Below the pieces are notes generated by a model, which had not been told where the DNA came from, made no database searches, and was given only the letters and a program-made list of their open reading frames with translations. Source: Flavobacteriales bacterium (GTDB taxonomy: Bacteria; Bacteroidota; Bacteroidia; Flavobacteriales_F; PHOS-HE28). Taken from it: 61,090 nt of DNA. Made by a program: the position numbers and the translations under genes. Location of the stretch: the NCBI GenBank assembly GCA_020847755.1, contig JADLBK010000175.1, positions 1 to 61,090 of the forward strand, in the 5' to 3' direction. This document shows positions 32,717 to 41,883 of the stretch, one piece after another. Within the stretch, counting starts at the first letter, position 1; every line of letters starts with the position of its first letter.

Positions 32717-33809
32717 CTTCACGGCGGGCTTTCATCAGGTCCATCACCACGCGCGACCATTCCGTGGGCGTCCACTGCGCACCGAGCGCGCGGCTCCGTT
32801 CGCCCATGGCGCGGAGCTCGGCATCGCTGCGTTCGATCAGCTGCAGCAAGGCCTTGCGCATGTCGGCACCGTCGCCTGCGACGAAACGGACGCCGTTCTC
32901 ACCCGGAGCGAGGAAGCGTTCACCCGCGCCCACCGCACTGCTCAACAGCAGCGGAAGAGCGGCGCAGGCATGCTCATGCACCACCACGCCCCAGGGTTCG
33001 TAGGTGCTGGGCAGCACGAACACACCGCATTGCTCCACCACCTTCGCCATGTCCTCCGCCTGCACGAAGCCCAGGTGCCTGATGCGCGCATGGCGGCCCG
33101 AGGCGGAGTTCACCACGTGGTCGTGCAGTTCACCCGTGCCCGCGATCCACAGCTCCCAATCGCCGGCCCGGCCCTGATCGCACAGGGTGGCGAAGGTGTC
33201 GCAGAGCAGCTGGTGGCCCTTGGTGGGGATGTAACGGGCCACGCAGAGCAGCCGGTGGGGCCAGCGTTCGGTGCGTTGGTCCAGCAGGCGCCGCCCCAAC
33301 GGGAGGAAGCGATCGGTGTCGGCACTGTAGAAGCCGGTGCGGATGTTGAGGGCGGGGAATCCGAGACGGCGGGCATAGCGGGCCTGCGCCCCGCCGGTGA
33401 CCCAGGCGTGGCTGAAGGTGCGGCGGAGCCAGAGCCGGGTGGCGGCCACCGCGGCCCATTGGCGCGCATCGCCACGCCAGGCCGTGTCGCTGCACATCAC
33501 CGTGGGCAGGCCCTGCTTGTGCAGCATGCGACATACGCGCAGGTAGCCCTTGTCGACCCAGCCGCTGGCGAAGGCGATGTCCGGCCCGACGCCATGCGCC
33601 AGGCGCATCAGGGCCTGATCGTCCAACGCGTCGCGTTCATGCACCTTCACGCGGTCGCCGAAGCGCAGGTCGAAGGGTGCCTCGCGGTTCACCGGCCAGC
33701 GCACGATGTGCACCTCCACGTCATGGTCCCGCACCAGGTGCTCCACACAGGCCAGGAAGTACGGGGCCAGCTCCGTGTACAGGAAGAGCGCCTTGCGGTG
33801 CGTGCTCAT
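32712..33809 (-). CDS. family 4 (GT-B) glycosyltransferase
   Basis: ..VFVLPSTYEPWGVVVHEHACAALPLLLSS.VGAGE is an EX7E-type motif. Its stop codon lies inside the right inverted repeat of the element. Confidence 0.85.
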   Translation of the reverse strand: MSTHRKALFLYTELAPYFLACVEHLVRDHDVEVHIVRWPVNREAPFDLRFGDRVKVHERDALDDQALMRLAHGVGPDIAFASGWVDKGYLRVCRMLHKQGLPTVMCSDTAWRGDARQWAAVAATRLWLRRTFSHAWVTGGAQARYARRLGFPALNIRTGFYSADTDRFLPLGRRLLDQRTERWPHRLLCVARYIPTKGHQLLCDTFATLCDQGRAGDWELWIAGTGELHDHVVNSASGRHARIRHLGFVQAEDMAKVVEQCGVFVLPSTYEPWGVVVHEHACAALPLLLSSAVGAGERFLAPGENGVRFVAGDGADMRKALLQLIERSDAELRAMGERSRALGAQWTPTEWSRVVMDLMKARREA

Positions 33810-34666
33810 GCGACCTGTCGCGGAAGATGGGCCACGCCCGCGTCGAGCAGTTCACCGAAGGTGGTCATGGGCAGGTCGTCGAAGAGGCGTCGCATCTTGG
33901 GCTCGGTGGTGGCGAGGTTCACGTAGCTCATGAAGCGGCGCTTGGCGCTCATGGGCAGCCGTGGATGATGGGGATCCACCTCGCGGGGATGCAGGTAGAA
34001 GACCACGGGGCGCTCTTCGGCCAGCACGGCCCTGGCCCGCTGGCGGATCAGCGGGTACGGGAAGAAGCGCAGGTAGCCGCCGCCGAAGAAGTAGAGGTCA
34101 CGGCCCAGCAGACGGTCCAGGCTGATGGGGAATTCCACGATATCGCCCTGCGTGGTGGACACCACATGGGGCACGGGCAGCGCGCCCGGCCAACCGCCAT
34201 GGTTGCGGCTACCGGGCCAGATGCTGCTATCGTAGGCATGGCCGGTCTCGGCGAGCGCCTCGAAGAACCACGGCGTCTCCTTGGTCGCGCTGAAACCGGG
34301 CGCACGGTAGCCGCGCACCTTCACACCAGCGGCGTCCTCGATGACGCCCTTGGCGCGGCGCACGTCCTCGGCGAAGTGACGGCGGTCGTGCTTGTAGACA
34401 AGCTCGTGCGCGTAGCCGTGCGAGGCGATCTCGTGGCCTTGTGCGGCGGCATCGCGGACCAGCTGGGGATGGCGCTCGGCCACCCAACCCAGGATGAAGA
34501 GGGTCGTGCGCACGTGCTTCTCGGCAAAGAGGTCGAGCATGCGGCGGAACGAGGGCTCCACCCGCGACTCAAGGCCGTCCCACTGTGCCAGGGGTGGCGT
34601 GGAGGGCACATCGAGGATGTGGAACCACTCCTCCACGTCGACGGAGAACACACAGCGCGCGGGCAT
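33806..34666 (-). CDS. polysaccharide deacetylase (NodB-fold, DUF3473-containing type)
   Basis: ..FSVDVEEWFH..........TLFILGWVAERHPQLVRDAAAQGHEIASHGYAH.....GYRAPGFS.. Confidence 0.85.
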   Translation of the reverse strand: MPARCVFSVDVEEWFHILDVPSTPPLAQWDGLESRVEPSFRRMLDLFAEKHVRTTLFILGWVAERHPQLVRDAAAQGHEIASHGYAHELVYKHDRRHFAEDVRRAKGVIEDAAGVKVRGYRAPGFSATKETPWFFEALAETGHAYDSSIWPGSRNHGGWPGALPVPHVVSTTQGDIVEFPISLDRLLGRDLYFFGGGYLRFFPYPLIRQRARAVLAEERPVVFYLHPREVDPHHPRLPMSAKRRFMSYVNLATTEPKMRRLFDDLPMTTFGELLDAGVAHLPRQVA

Positions 34667-34696
34667 GCGGCAAAGGTACCCGGATGGTCATCGACC

Positions 34697-35392
34697 TCAG
34701 CCGATGCGGAGGCGACCGAGGAAGCGCGGGCGTTCGCCCTTGTCGAAGCGGGCGCGGGTGTGGCGGATCCAGCCCACGATGAGCGGCACGCCCAACAAGG
34801 AAGGCCACAGCCATTGCAGCCACATGGGCTTGATCATGGCCAGGTTGACCGCGCTGAAGGCGGACACGGTGGCGATGTAGCTGCCGAGGAACCCGGTCAT
34901 GTGGGCGTAGAGCCACTCCTGCTTGTCGTGGTGGGTGCGGAAGAAGCGGCGCAGTTGCATGAGCACGAGGGCGCATCCGATCGCGCCGAAGACCGTGAAG
35001 ATGATGGCGGCCGAACTGCGCTGGCCATGGATGAGGTGCACGGCGCCCCACAAAAGAAGCCCGGTGTTCACGAGACCGGCGGCGCCGTGCATCAGCAGGT
35101 CCCACCGGCCCAGGCGCTGACCCTTGTGGAGGCCCTTGAGGTAGAGCCCGCGGTAGCCGGTGGCGGCCAGGTGGAAGCTGAAGAGGGCCACCAGGGCCAT
35201 GAGCGGGTTGGGGCGCCAGAAGCCCGCCAGAAGGGCGGTGGCGCACACCAGCACCATGGCGAAGAAGAAGGCACGCCCCCACCAGCGGTGCCAGCGCCCA
35301 CCCTTGCGCACGAGCATCGCCACGGGCGCGGCGCCGAGAGCGACGGCTCCGGAAAGCGCGTGGAGCTTGAGCACGAGGGTCTGGGGATCCAT
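34697..35392 (-). CDS. integral membrane protein (DUF2306-like)
   Basis: It has six predicted TM helices and basic loops (RKGGRWHRWWGRAFFF..). The family assignment is tentative. Confidence 0.6.
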   Translation of the reverse strand: MDPQTLVLKLHALSGAVALGAAPVAMLVRKGGRWHRWWGRAFFFAMVLVCATALLAGFWRPNPLMALVALFSFHLAATGYRGLYLKGLHKGQRLGRWDLLMHGAAGLVNTGLLLWGAVHLIHGQRSSAAIIFTVFGAIGCALVLMQLRRFFRTHHDKQEWLYAHMTGFLGSYIATVSAFSAVNLAMIKPMWLQWLWPSLLGVPLIVGWIRHTRARFDKGERPRFLGRLRIG

Positions 35393-35411
35393 GGCGCGAA
35401 GGGCGGCAGGG

Positions 35412-36875
35412 TCAGGGGATGATGAGGAGGGGTGCGGCGGAACGGCGGCCGTTGTCCGACACCGTGTGAAGCGTGTAGGTGCCTGGGGCGATCGATGGGA
35501 CGCGCAGTGGTTCGGAAGGATGTTGATCGGGCCAGCCCGCCACCTGCCTCCCCTGCTGATCCAGCAGCACGACCGATCGGCGCTGGCCGTTCCCTCCGGC
35601 CAGGGTCATGGTGATCGCATCGCCGGGGCGGGCGGGGTTGGGGTGGAGCAGGAGGCCTGCGGTGGACGGTCGAAGGTCGGGGATGGGGAGGGGGTCGAGG
35701 GTTACATCGAAGGTGCCACTCAGCGGTGAGCCGAAGTGCTTCACGGCCAACACCGCCTGTGGACCGGGCCCTGCGCTGTTCGTCCGGCCCACGAGGACAT
35801 ATCCACCATCGACGGCGGCCACCACATCGAACGCCTCGTCCTGCTCCAGCCCACCGAATGTCGGGCCTTCAATGTATGCCCCAGTAGCGGTCGTATGCCA
35901 CATGTACATATCCTTTCCACCGGCGCCGAAAGCATCCGTGGATCCGGCGAGGCAAAGGTCACCGCTCTGGAGCTCGATGACCGCGTATCCCTCCCAGGTG
36001 CCCTGCCCAAAGGTGACCTCGTTCCACATGAACGCCCCTGCGGCATCGAACTTGATCATCAGCATGGTCCGATAAGGCACGACACCCTCGGTGACGCCAC
36101 CGACAACAAACCCACCGTCCGTGGTGGCGGTCACGGAGCGGCCTTCATCCCAGGCAACGCCTCCCCAGGTGGTCTGCCACAGAAGCACACCGTCCGATGC
36201 GTATCGCACGAGCACGATGTCCTGTCCGGTTGTCGCGGCGCGGTTGACGACCACGGCACAACCACCATCGGGCATTCCCACGACCGCTGTGGCCACCTCG
36301 CTTTCCAAGGATCCGAAGGTCCTTGTCCAAAGGGTATCACCGACCTCAGTGATCCGCAGGATCCACGCCTCGCCGGACCCGTCTCCCACACTGAAGGTCT
36401 GCCCCACCACGAACCATCCACCGGGTACTGATGCGGCTGCGTGGAACAAGTCCCACCCCTGCTGTCCGTAAGGTCTTTCCCAAAGTGGTGTTCCAGCCTG
36501 ATCCGTTCGCACGAGGAACCCATCGTAGCCGAAGGAAGGGTCGTGATACCGTGTCCCAACGATCAGAAGGTCCTCATCATCGGACCGGACGAGGTCGGCA
36601 CCCTGTTCTACACCAGGCCCTCCGTAGGTCATGGACCAGACCAACGACCCGGCGCTATCCACACGGACAAGATACAGATCGCCGCCTCCACTTCCGAAGC
36701 TGCCGGTACTGCCGAGCATGACGTACCCGCTGTCCGCAGTGGCCACAACGGCCACGGCCTCATCCGCCCCGAAACCACCGTAGGTGCGTTGCCAGGTAAG
36801 CTGGCCGGCCACCACGGACGGAACGATCAATGGAGCAAGGGACAGAAGGGGGCGACAAAAGGTAATGGCGCTCAT
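35412..36875 (-). CDS. secreted repeat (beta-propeller-like) protein with T9SS C-terminal sorting domain
   Basis: The unit '..(T/S)DGG(Y/F)V.VG.T.S.G.G..D..L.(K/R)....G...W..T(Y/F)GG' recurs about 7 times. The CTD is LLLHPNPARPGDAITMTL.....VVLLDQQGRQV.......GTYTLHTV. Confidence 0.8.
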   Translation of the reverse strand: MSAITFCRPLLSLAPLIVPSVVAGQLTWQRTYGGFGADEAVAVVATADSGYVMLGSTGSFGSGGGDLYLVRVDSAGSLVWSMTYGGPGVEQGADLVRSDDEDLLIVGTRYHDPSFGYDGFLVRTDQAGTPLWERPYGQQGWDLFHAAASVPGGWFVVGQTFSVGDGSGEAWILRITEVGDTLWTRTFGSLESEVATAVVGMPDGGCAVVVNRAATTGQDIVLVRYASDGVLLWQTTWGGVAWDEGRSVTATTDGGFVVGGVTEGVVPYRTMLMIKFDAAGAFMWNEVTFGQGTWEGYAVIELQSGDLCLAGSTDAFGAGGKDMYMWHTTATGAYIEGPTFGGLEQDEAFDVVAAVDGGYVLVGRTNSAGPGPQAVLAVKHFGSPLSGTFDVTLDPLPIPDLRPSTAGLLLHPNPARPGDAITMTLAGGNGQRRSVVLLDQQGRQVAGWPDQHPSEPLRVPSIAPGTYTLHTVSDNGRRSAAPLLIIP

Positions 36876-36969
36876 CTTGAATGCCCGAATATCGGGATGC
36901 CCATGGCAATGGACCTACTTTTGACGGCCTTAAAGGTGACAACGCCACCCTGCCTGAATCTTCTCTCTG

Positions 36970-38241
36970 ATGACCACCCGAGGACTATTGGGATTCGTTG
37001 TGTTCATGCTGGTCCTGGTCCTGATCGATCTGTACGCCTACAAAGGCATCAATACGGCGATGAACGGCTGGACCCAGGGAGGACGGCGCGTCGTGCGGTT
37101 GATCTACTGGGCTGTGTCCATCGGCATGCTGGCATTGATGGTCTGGGTAGCGGTGAGCATCCAGGACCTGCGCAGCACGCGGAACCACTCGTTCATGTTC
37201 TCGCTCGCCGCCCTGTTCATGCTGTTCTTCCTGCCCAAGGTGGTGATCATCCTCTTCCACGGGCTGGAGGACCTCATCGAGGGCGGTCGCTGGCTATTCG
37301 ACAAGCTCACCCCGGGCGATCCGGTCTCCACGGGCGAGCCGATCACACGGCTGAAGTTCCTTTCCCAAGTCGGTCTTGCGCTGTCGGCCATCCCCTTCGC
37401 CGGTGTGCTGTACGGCATCACCCATGGACGGCGGAATTTCCGCATCGAACGTGTGCACCTGAACGCCCCGAACCTGCCTGCAGCCTTCGACGGGCTCCGC
37501 ATCGTGCAGATCAGCGACCTGCACCTGGGCAGCTTCCCGAGCGGCACGGACATCGTGCGCAAAGGCGTGGACCTCATCAACAAGGAGCGCCCCGACCTGA
37601 TCCTCTTCACCGGTGACATGGTGAACGACTTCGCGGACGAGGCCGAAGCCTGGGTGGACACGCTGAAAGACCTGCAGGCGCGCATCGGCAAGTACTCCAT
37701 CCTGGGCAACCACGACTACTCGGACTATGCACGTTGGGATTCGCAGCAGGGCAAGCAGGCTAACCTGGAGCGGCTGAAGCGCCACCATGCCGCCATGGGC
37801 TTCCGGCTGATGCTCGACGAGAACACCCGGATCGAGCGCGGCGACGCGGCCATCACCCTGCTCGGCGTGCAGAACTGGGGCCGGCGTTTCCAGCAGTACG
37901 GCGACCTGGCCAAGACCCTGCATGGGCATGATCCCTCGACGTACCGGATCCTGATGAGCCATGATCCCACCCATTGGGAGGAACAGGTCCTCGGCACCGG
38001 CATCGACCTCACCCTGAGCGGGCATACGCATGGGGCGCAGTTCGGCATCACCATCGCCGGTCAGACGTACAGCCCCGCTCAATGGGTGTACAAGCGATGG
38101 GCGGGGCTGTACACTGAGGGTGCTCAGCATCTTTACGTGAACCGGGGCTTCGGCTTCATCGGCTTCCCAGGCCGTGTGGGCATGCCACCGGAGATCACGG
38201 TGATCGAACTGCGAAAGGGCGGGGAGGCGCCACATGCGTGA
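36970..38241 (+). CDS. membrane-anchored metallophosphoesterase (calcineurin-like, YkuE-type)
   Basis: It has N-terminal TM helices followed by the motifs IVQISDLHLG, FTGDMVND, LGNHDY, and LSGHTHG. Confidence 0.9.
   Translation: MTTRGLLGFVVFMLVLVLIDLYAYKGINTAMNGWTQGGRRVVRLIYWAVSIGMLALMVWVAVSIQDLRSTRNHSFMFSLAALFMLFFLPKVVIILFHGLEDLIEGGRWLFDKLTPGDPVSTGEPITRLKFLSQVGLALSAIPFAGVLYGITHGRRNFRIERVHLNAPNLPAAFDGLRIVQISDLHLGSFPSGTDIVRKGVDLINKERPDLILFTGDMVNDFADEAEAWVDTLKDLQARIGKYSILGNHDYSDYARWDSQQGKQANLERLKRHHAAMGFRLMLDENTRIERGDAAITLLGVQNWGRRFQQYGDLAKTLHGHDPSTYRILMSHDPTHWEEQVLGTGIDLTLSGHTHGAQFGITIAGQTYSPAQWVYKRWAGLYTEGAQHLYVNRGFGFIGFPGRVGMPPEITVIELRKGGEAPHA
38180..38218 (+). repeat. 39-bp direct repeat, copy 1 (inside the 3' end of the metallophosphoesterase gene)
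   Basis: GCATGCCACCGGAGATCACGGTGATCGAACTGCGAAAGG is identical to 39894-39932. Confidence 0.9.
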
Positions 38242-39845
38242 TGCAGCGCCCCGCCGATCAGCCCCGACCGGTTGAAACGCGGTCCTCCCGATGGCCCGGG
38301 CTGCGTTTGAGCCGCTCCGGTGGATTGGCCCTGTTAATTGTGATCCTTTCGCTCCAGGCCTGGACCTATCGATATCAGGAGATCCTGTTCGCCCGACCGC
38401 AGGGCTATCACGCCTGGAGGCAGAGTGACTGCCTGTCGATGGCGTGGCACTACATGCAGCTCGATCTGCCTTGGTGGGATGGAAGAATGCACTACCTCGG
38501 AACAGAGGGCACCGGGCGCGCCTTGAGCGAACTGCCTCTGCTCCCCTACCTCATCGGGAAAGTGTGGCGGTCCACCGGTCAGCAGGAGTGGCTGTACCGG
38601 GCGACCGTCCTGCTCCTCTCCATCTCCGGGTTGATCTCCCTCTACTTCACGGTCAATACGCTGCTGAAGGACGGCGTGCTGGCGGCGTGGGTATCCGCCT
38701 TCCTGTTCACCTCACCCATGGTGGCGTACTACGCGAACAACTTCCTTTCGAACGCCGCCGCCCTCGCTTTCGTGCTCAACGGCTGGTACGCCGCCGCATC
38801 AGGAATGGAACGTTCATCTCGTCCCCGGCTCGTGGGAGCTGTGGTGCTCTTCACCCTGGCGGGGCTGCTCAAAGCCACAGCGGCGCTAAGCCTCCTTATC
38901 CTGATCGCGATCGTTCTGATCTCCTTCCTGCCGTTCCGACATGTGCTTCTCGGAACCTGGCGACCCCGACATCGGGCCGTGATATTGGTCGCCGGACTGG
39001 CGGGCCTGTTCGCCATCGCCGCATGGTACTCCTACGCCCGATGGTACAATGCGGGGCAGGCGCAAGGCGTCTTCCTCATCGGCACGCTCCCCTATTGGAG
39101 CATTCCGAAGGAGGAGCTTGCCTCCGTATGGCAAGGCATCAGCGACCACCTTCGTCGCGACTACCTGCGCCCGGACCTCTATTTCGTGCTCATGGCCATG
39201 TTCGCGCTGGCCGTGTTCGCATCTCATCGGATCCCCCGTGCGCTATGGATGGCGTTCACGCTGCTATGCCTCGGTGTTCTCTGCATCGACATTCTGTTCT
39301 TCGGCGCACTGAGGGACCATGACTATTACAGCCTCGACCAAGTGATCATCTTCCCTGCCGTCCTTCTCCTTGGCCTTCTGGCTTTGGTCCGTGGCAGCTC
39401 GGGGATAACCCGCACCTGGCCGTTCCAACTTGCTCTGTTGGTGGTGTTGGTCCACGGCACCGATTTCGCAAGGCGACGGATGACGGACCGGTACTCGACC
39501 TGGATGAACAAGGAGTACTTGACCCAGCATGAACCGCTGGGCCGAATCCAGGAAGCGCTCCTTGCCATAGGTGTCGATCGCTCTGCCCGCGTGGTGAGCG
39601 TGCCTGATATCAGCTTCAACCGAAGCCTGTATCTGATGGAACGTTCAGGCTGGACCGATTTCGATGGTCTTAGCGACGACCCCAACAAGCTCCAGGCGAA
39701 GTTGGATCAGGGCGCGCGATTCCTTTTGACCACCAACGATTCCGTGCTGCTCAAGCCATCACTCCGACCATTCCTGGCCCACCCGATCGGTCGCTTCGAG
39801 AATGTGAGGATCTTTGCGCTCGAGGTCCCTGATCGGAACCATTGA
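38241..39845 (+). CDS. polytopic membrane protein, possibly a GT-C-fold (ArnT/PMT-like) glycosyltransferase
   Basis: It has about 12 predicted TM helices and a soluble C-terminal domain. It lies entirely between the 39-bp direct repeats and is AT-richer than the flanking sequence. The start is ATG 38241 (or GTG 38238), overlapping the upstream stop. Confidence 0.65.
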   Translation: MQRPADQPRPVETRSSRWPGLRLSRSGGLALLIVILSLQAWTYRYQEILFARPQGYHAWRQSDCLSMAWHYMQLDLPWWDGRMHYLGTEGTGRALSELPLLPYLIGKVWRSTGQQEWLYRATVLLLSISGLISLYFTVNTLLKDGVLAAWVSAFLFTSPMVAYYANNFLSNAAALAFVLNGWYAAASGMERSSRPRLVGAVVLFTLAGLLKATAALSLLILIAIVLISFLPFRHVLLGTWRPRHRAVILVAGLAGLFAIAAWYSYARWYNAGQAQGVFLIGTLPYWSIPKEELASVWQGISDHLRRDYLRPDLYFVLMAMFALAVFASHRIPRALWMAFTLLCLGVLCIDILFFGALRDHDYYSLDQVIIFPAVLLLGLLALVRGSSGITRTWPFQLALLVVLVHGTDFARRRMTDRYSTWMNKEYLTQHEPLGRIQEALLAIGVDRSARVVSVPDISFNRSLYLMERSGWTDFDGLSDDPNKLQAKLDQGARFLLTTNDSVLLKPSLRPFLAHPIGRFENVRIFALEVPDRNH

Positions 39846-39893
39846 ACATCCCCTTCCGCGGGAGCTATCGCTCGTGATCATTCGGCCACATGC

Positions 39894-39932
39894 GCATGCC
39901 ACCGGAGATCACGGTGATCGAACTGCGAAAGG
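39894..39932 (+). repeat. 39-bp direct repeat, copy 2 (orphan copy of the metallophosphoesterase 3' end)
   Basis: It is identical to 38180-38218. It reads MPPEITVIELRKA* in frame, probably the ancestral gene end. Confidence 0.9.
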
Positions 39933-39937
39933 CCTGA

Positions 39938-40798
39938 TCAGGCCGGGAACACCCCGGCCGACCGCTGCACGGCCCGTTCCAGCTGGACCAGGTCGAGGCC
40001 CGTGCGGATGCCACGCTCCTCAAGGCTGCGCACGAAGAGCTCCATCTGCAGGTTGCCCACCAGCTCATCCTCGGCCATGGGGCAGCCGCCGTAGCCCTTG
40101 ATGGCCCCATCGAAGCGCCGGCATCCGGCATCCCAGGCAGCCTGCGTTTTGGCGGGCCAGTTGTCCGGGCTGCAATGCAGGTGCGCACCGAACTCCACCT
40201 CGGGCAGCGCGGGGATGAGCGCGGCGAACATGGCGGTGATGTCCGCGGGCCTCGCGACGCCGACCGTATCACTGAGCGCGATGATGCGCACGCCCAGCTC
40301 CTTCACGAGCCGCTCGGTCCAGCGCAGGGCCACCTCCGCGTTCCAAGGGTCGCCGTAGGGATTTCCGAAGGCCATGCTGATGTACACCACGAGCTCCTTG
40401 CCCGCCGCCCGGGTCAGTTCGGCGATGCGCGCAATGCGGCCCCAGGAACCCTCGATGCTCGTGTTGGTGTTCCGCTGCTGGAAGGTCTCGCTGATGCTGA
40501 AGGGATAACCCAGATAGGTCACGCATTCCTGCTTCACCGCCTCCTCGGCACCACGTTCGTTGGCCACGATCACCAGCAGCTTGCTGCGCGAGCCGCTGCG
40601 GTCGATGCCGGCGAGCACCTCGGCCGTATCCGCCAGCTGCGGGATGGCCTTGGGGCTCACGAAGCTGCCGATGTCGATGGTGTCGAAGCCCACCTGCAGC
40701 AGGGTGTTCAGGTAGTCCACCTTCACGTCGGTGGGGATGAAGGGCACGATGCCTTGCATCGCATCCCGCGGACATTCGATCAGCTTCACGCTTTCCAT
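39938..40798 (-). CDS. hydroxymethylglutaryl-CoA lyase
   Basis: ..[13 protein letters not shown]... is the HMGL-like TIM-barrel opening. ..[13 protein letters not shown].., ..[12 protein letters not shown].., and ..GAHLHCSPD....[21 protein letters not shown] are also present. Confidence 0.9.
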   Translation of the reverse strand: MESVKLIECPRDAMQGIVPFIPTDVKVDYLNTLLQVGFDTIDIGSFVSPKAIPQLADTAEVLAGIDRSGSRSKLLVIVANERGAEEAVKQECVTYLGYPFSISETFQQRNTNTSIEGSWGRIARIAELTRAAGKELVVYISMAFGNPYGDPWNAEVALRWTERLVKELGVRIIALSDTVGVARPADITAMFAALIPALPEVEFGAHLHCSPDNWPAKTQAAWDAGCRRFDGAIKGYGGCPMAEDELVGNLQMELFVRSLEERGIRTGLDLVQLERAVQRSAGVFPA

Positions 40799-41823
40799 CG
40801 GGCGTAGGCCTGGTTGATGCGCTTCACCAGCGCGGGTCCTTCATAGATGAGCCCGGTGTACACCTGCACCAGGTCGGCGCCAGCTTTCAGCTTCTCCATC
40901 GCCGCCTCCGCCGAATCGATGCCGCCCACGCCGATGATGACGATGGGCCGAGGCAGGCGGTCACGCAGGTAACGCACCACCTCGGTGCTGCGCTGGCGGA
41001 CCGGGGCACCGCTCACGCCCCCCGCCCCCATGGCCTCCACCTCGCCCTTCGGCGTGCGCAGGCCTTCGCGGGATATGGTGGTGTTGGTGGCGATCACGCC
41101 TGCGATGCCGCTCTCCTTCACCACGGCCACCACGTCGTCGAGCTGGGCATCCGTCAGATCCGGGGCGATCTTCAGCAGGATCGGCTTCTGCGGACCGCTT
41201 CCCGCCCGTTGCCCGTTGAGCGCATGCAAGCGCGTGAGGATCTCGAGCAAGGGCCCCTTGTCCTGCAAGGCGCGCAGGCCCGGCGTGTTCGGACTGCTCA
41301 CGTTCACCACGAAGTAGTCCACCACGGGGTACAACGCCTCGAAGCACGTCACATAGTCGTCGAGGGCCTGCTCGTTAGGCGTCACCTTGTTCTTGCCGAT
41401 GTTGCCACCGACGATGATCCCGGGCTTGCGCTTCCGCAGGCGTTCCACCGCGGCCTGCACGCCGCCGTTGTTGAAGCCCATGCGGTTGATGAGGGCGCGA
41501 TCGGCCGTGAGGCGGAAGAGCCGTGGCTGCTCGTTGCCAGGCTGGGCCCGGGGCGTCAACGTCCCGATCTCAATGAAACCGAAGCCCAGCGCGCTCAGCG
41601 CGTCGACGTGCTTCGCGTCCTTGTCCATGCCAGCGGCGAGGCCCACGGGTGAAGGGAAACGAAGGCCCATGACCTCCACGGCGGCCAAGGCGGGCGGCGG
41701 GGCACCACCCACCATGGCAACCGCTCCTGGCACCTTGGCGGCGAGCTCCAACAGGCTGAAGGTGAGGTGGTGGGCCCGCTCGGGGGTGAACCGGAAGAGC
41801 AGCGGGCGAAGGAGCGCGTACAT
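40786..41823 (-). CDS. pyrD: quinone-dependent dihydroorotate dehydrogenase (class 2)
   Basis: [19 protein letters not shown].....[17 protein letters not shown]...........GFIEIGT.TPR.QPGN..PRLFRL....[10 protein letters not shown]......NIGKNK....[13 protein letters not shown]. The start is ATG 41823, and the ORF extension to 42114 lies in repeat DNA. Confidence 0.95.
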   Translation of the reverse strand: MYALLRPLLFRFTPERAHHLTFSLLELAAKVPGAVAMVGGAPPPALAAVEVMGLRFPSPVGLAAGMDKDAKHVDALSALGFGFIEIGTLTPRAQPGNEQPRLFRLTADRALINRMGFNNGGVQAAVERLRKRKPGIIVGGNIGKNKVTPNEQALDDYVTCFEALYPVVDYFVVNVSSPNTPGLRALQDKGPLLEILTRLHALNGQRAGSGPQKPILLKIAPDLTDAQLDDVVAVVKESGIAGVIATNTTISREGLRTPKGEVEAMGAGGVSGAPVRQRSTEVVRYLRDRLPRPIVIIGVGGIDSAEAAMEKLKAGADLVQVYTGLIYEGPALVKRINQAYARWKA

Positions 41824-41883
41824 CCGAGGCGAAAGTACCGGCTGTGGTGGATGCGAGTATGTGCCGTGACACGCGCTTCGGAA

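Noticed and set aside
32705-33082. ORF starting MRSRLHGG... on the plus strand
   Set aside because: Its ATG and first four codons are merely the inverted-repeat copy of the real glycosyltransferase start. The rest is antisense to the GT4 gene at 32712-33809.
39814-40101. 95-codon plus-strand ORF covering the second 39-bp direct repeat
   Set aside because: It is out of frame with the repeat's native reading frame and antisense to the HMG-CoA lyase gene. Its composition is not protein-like.
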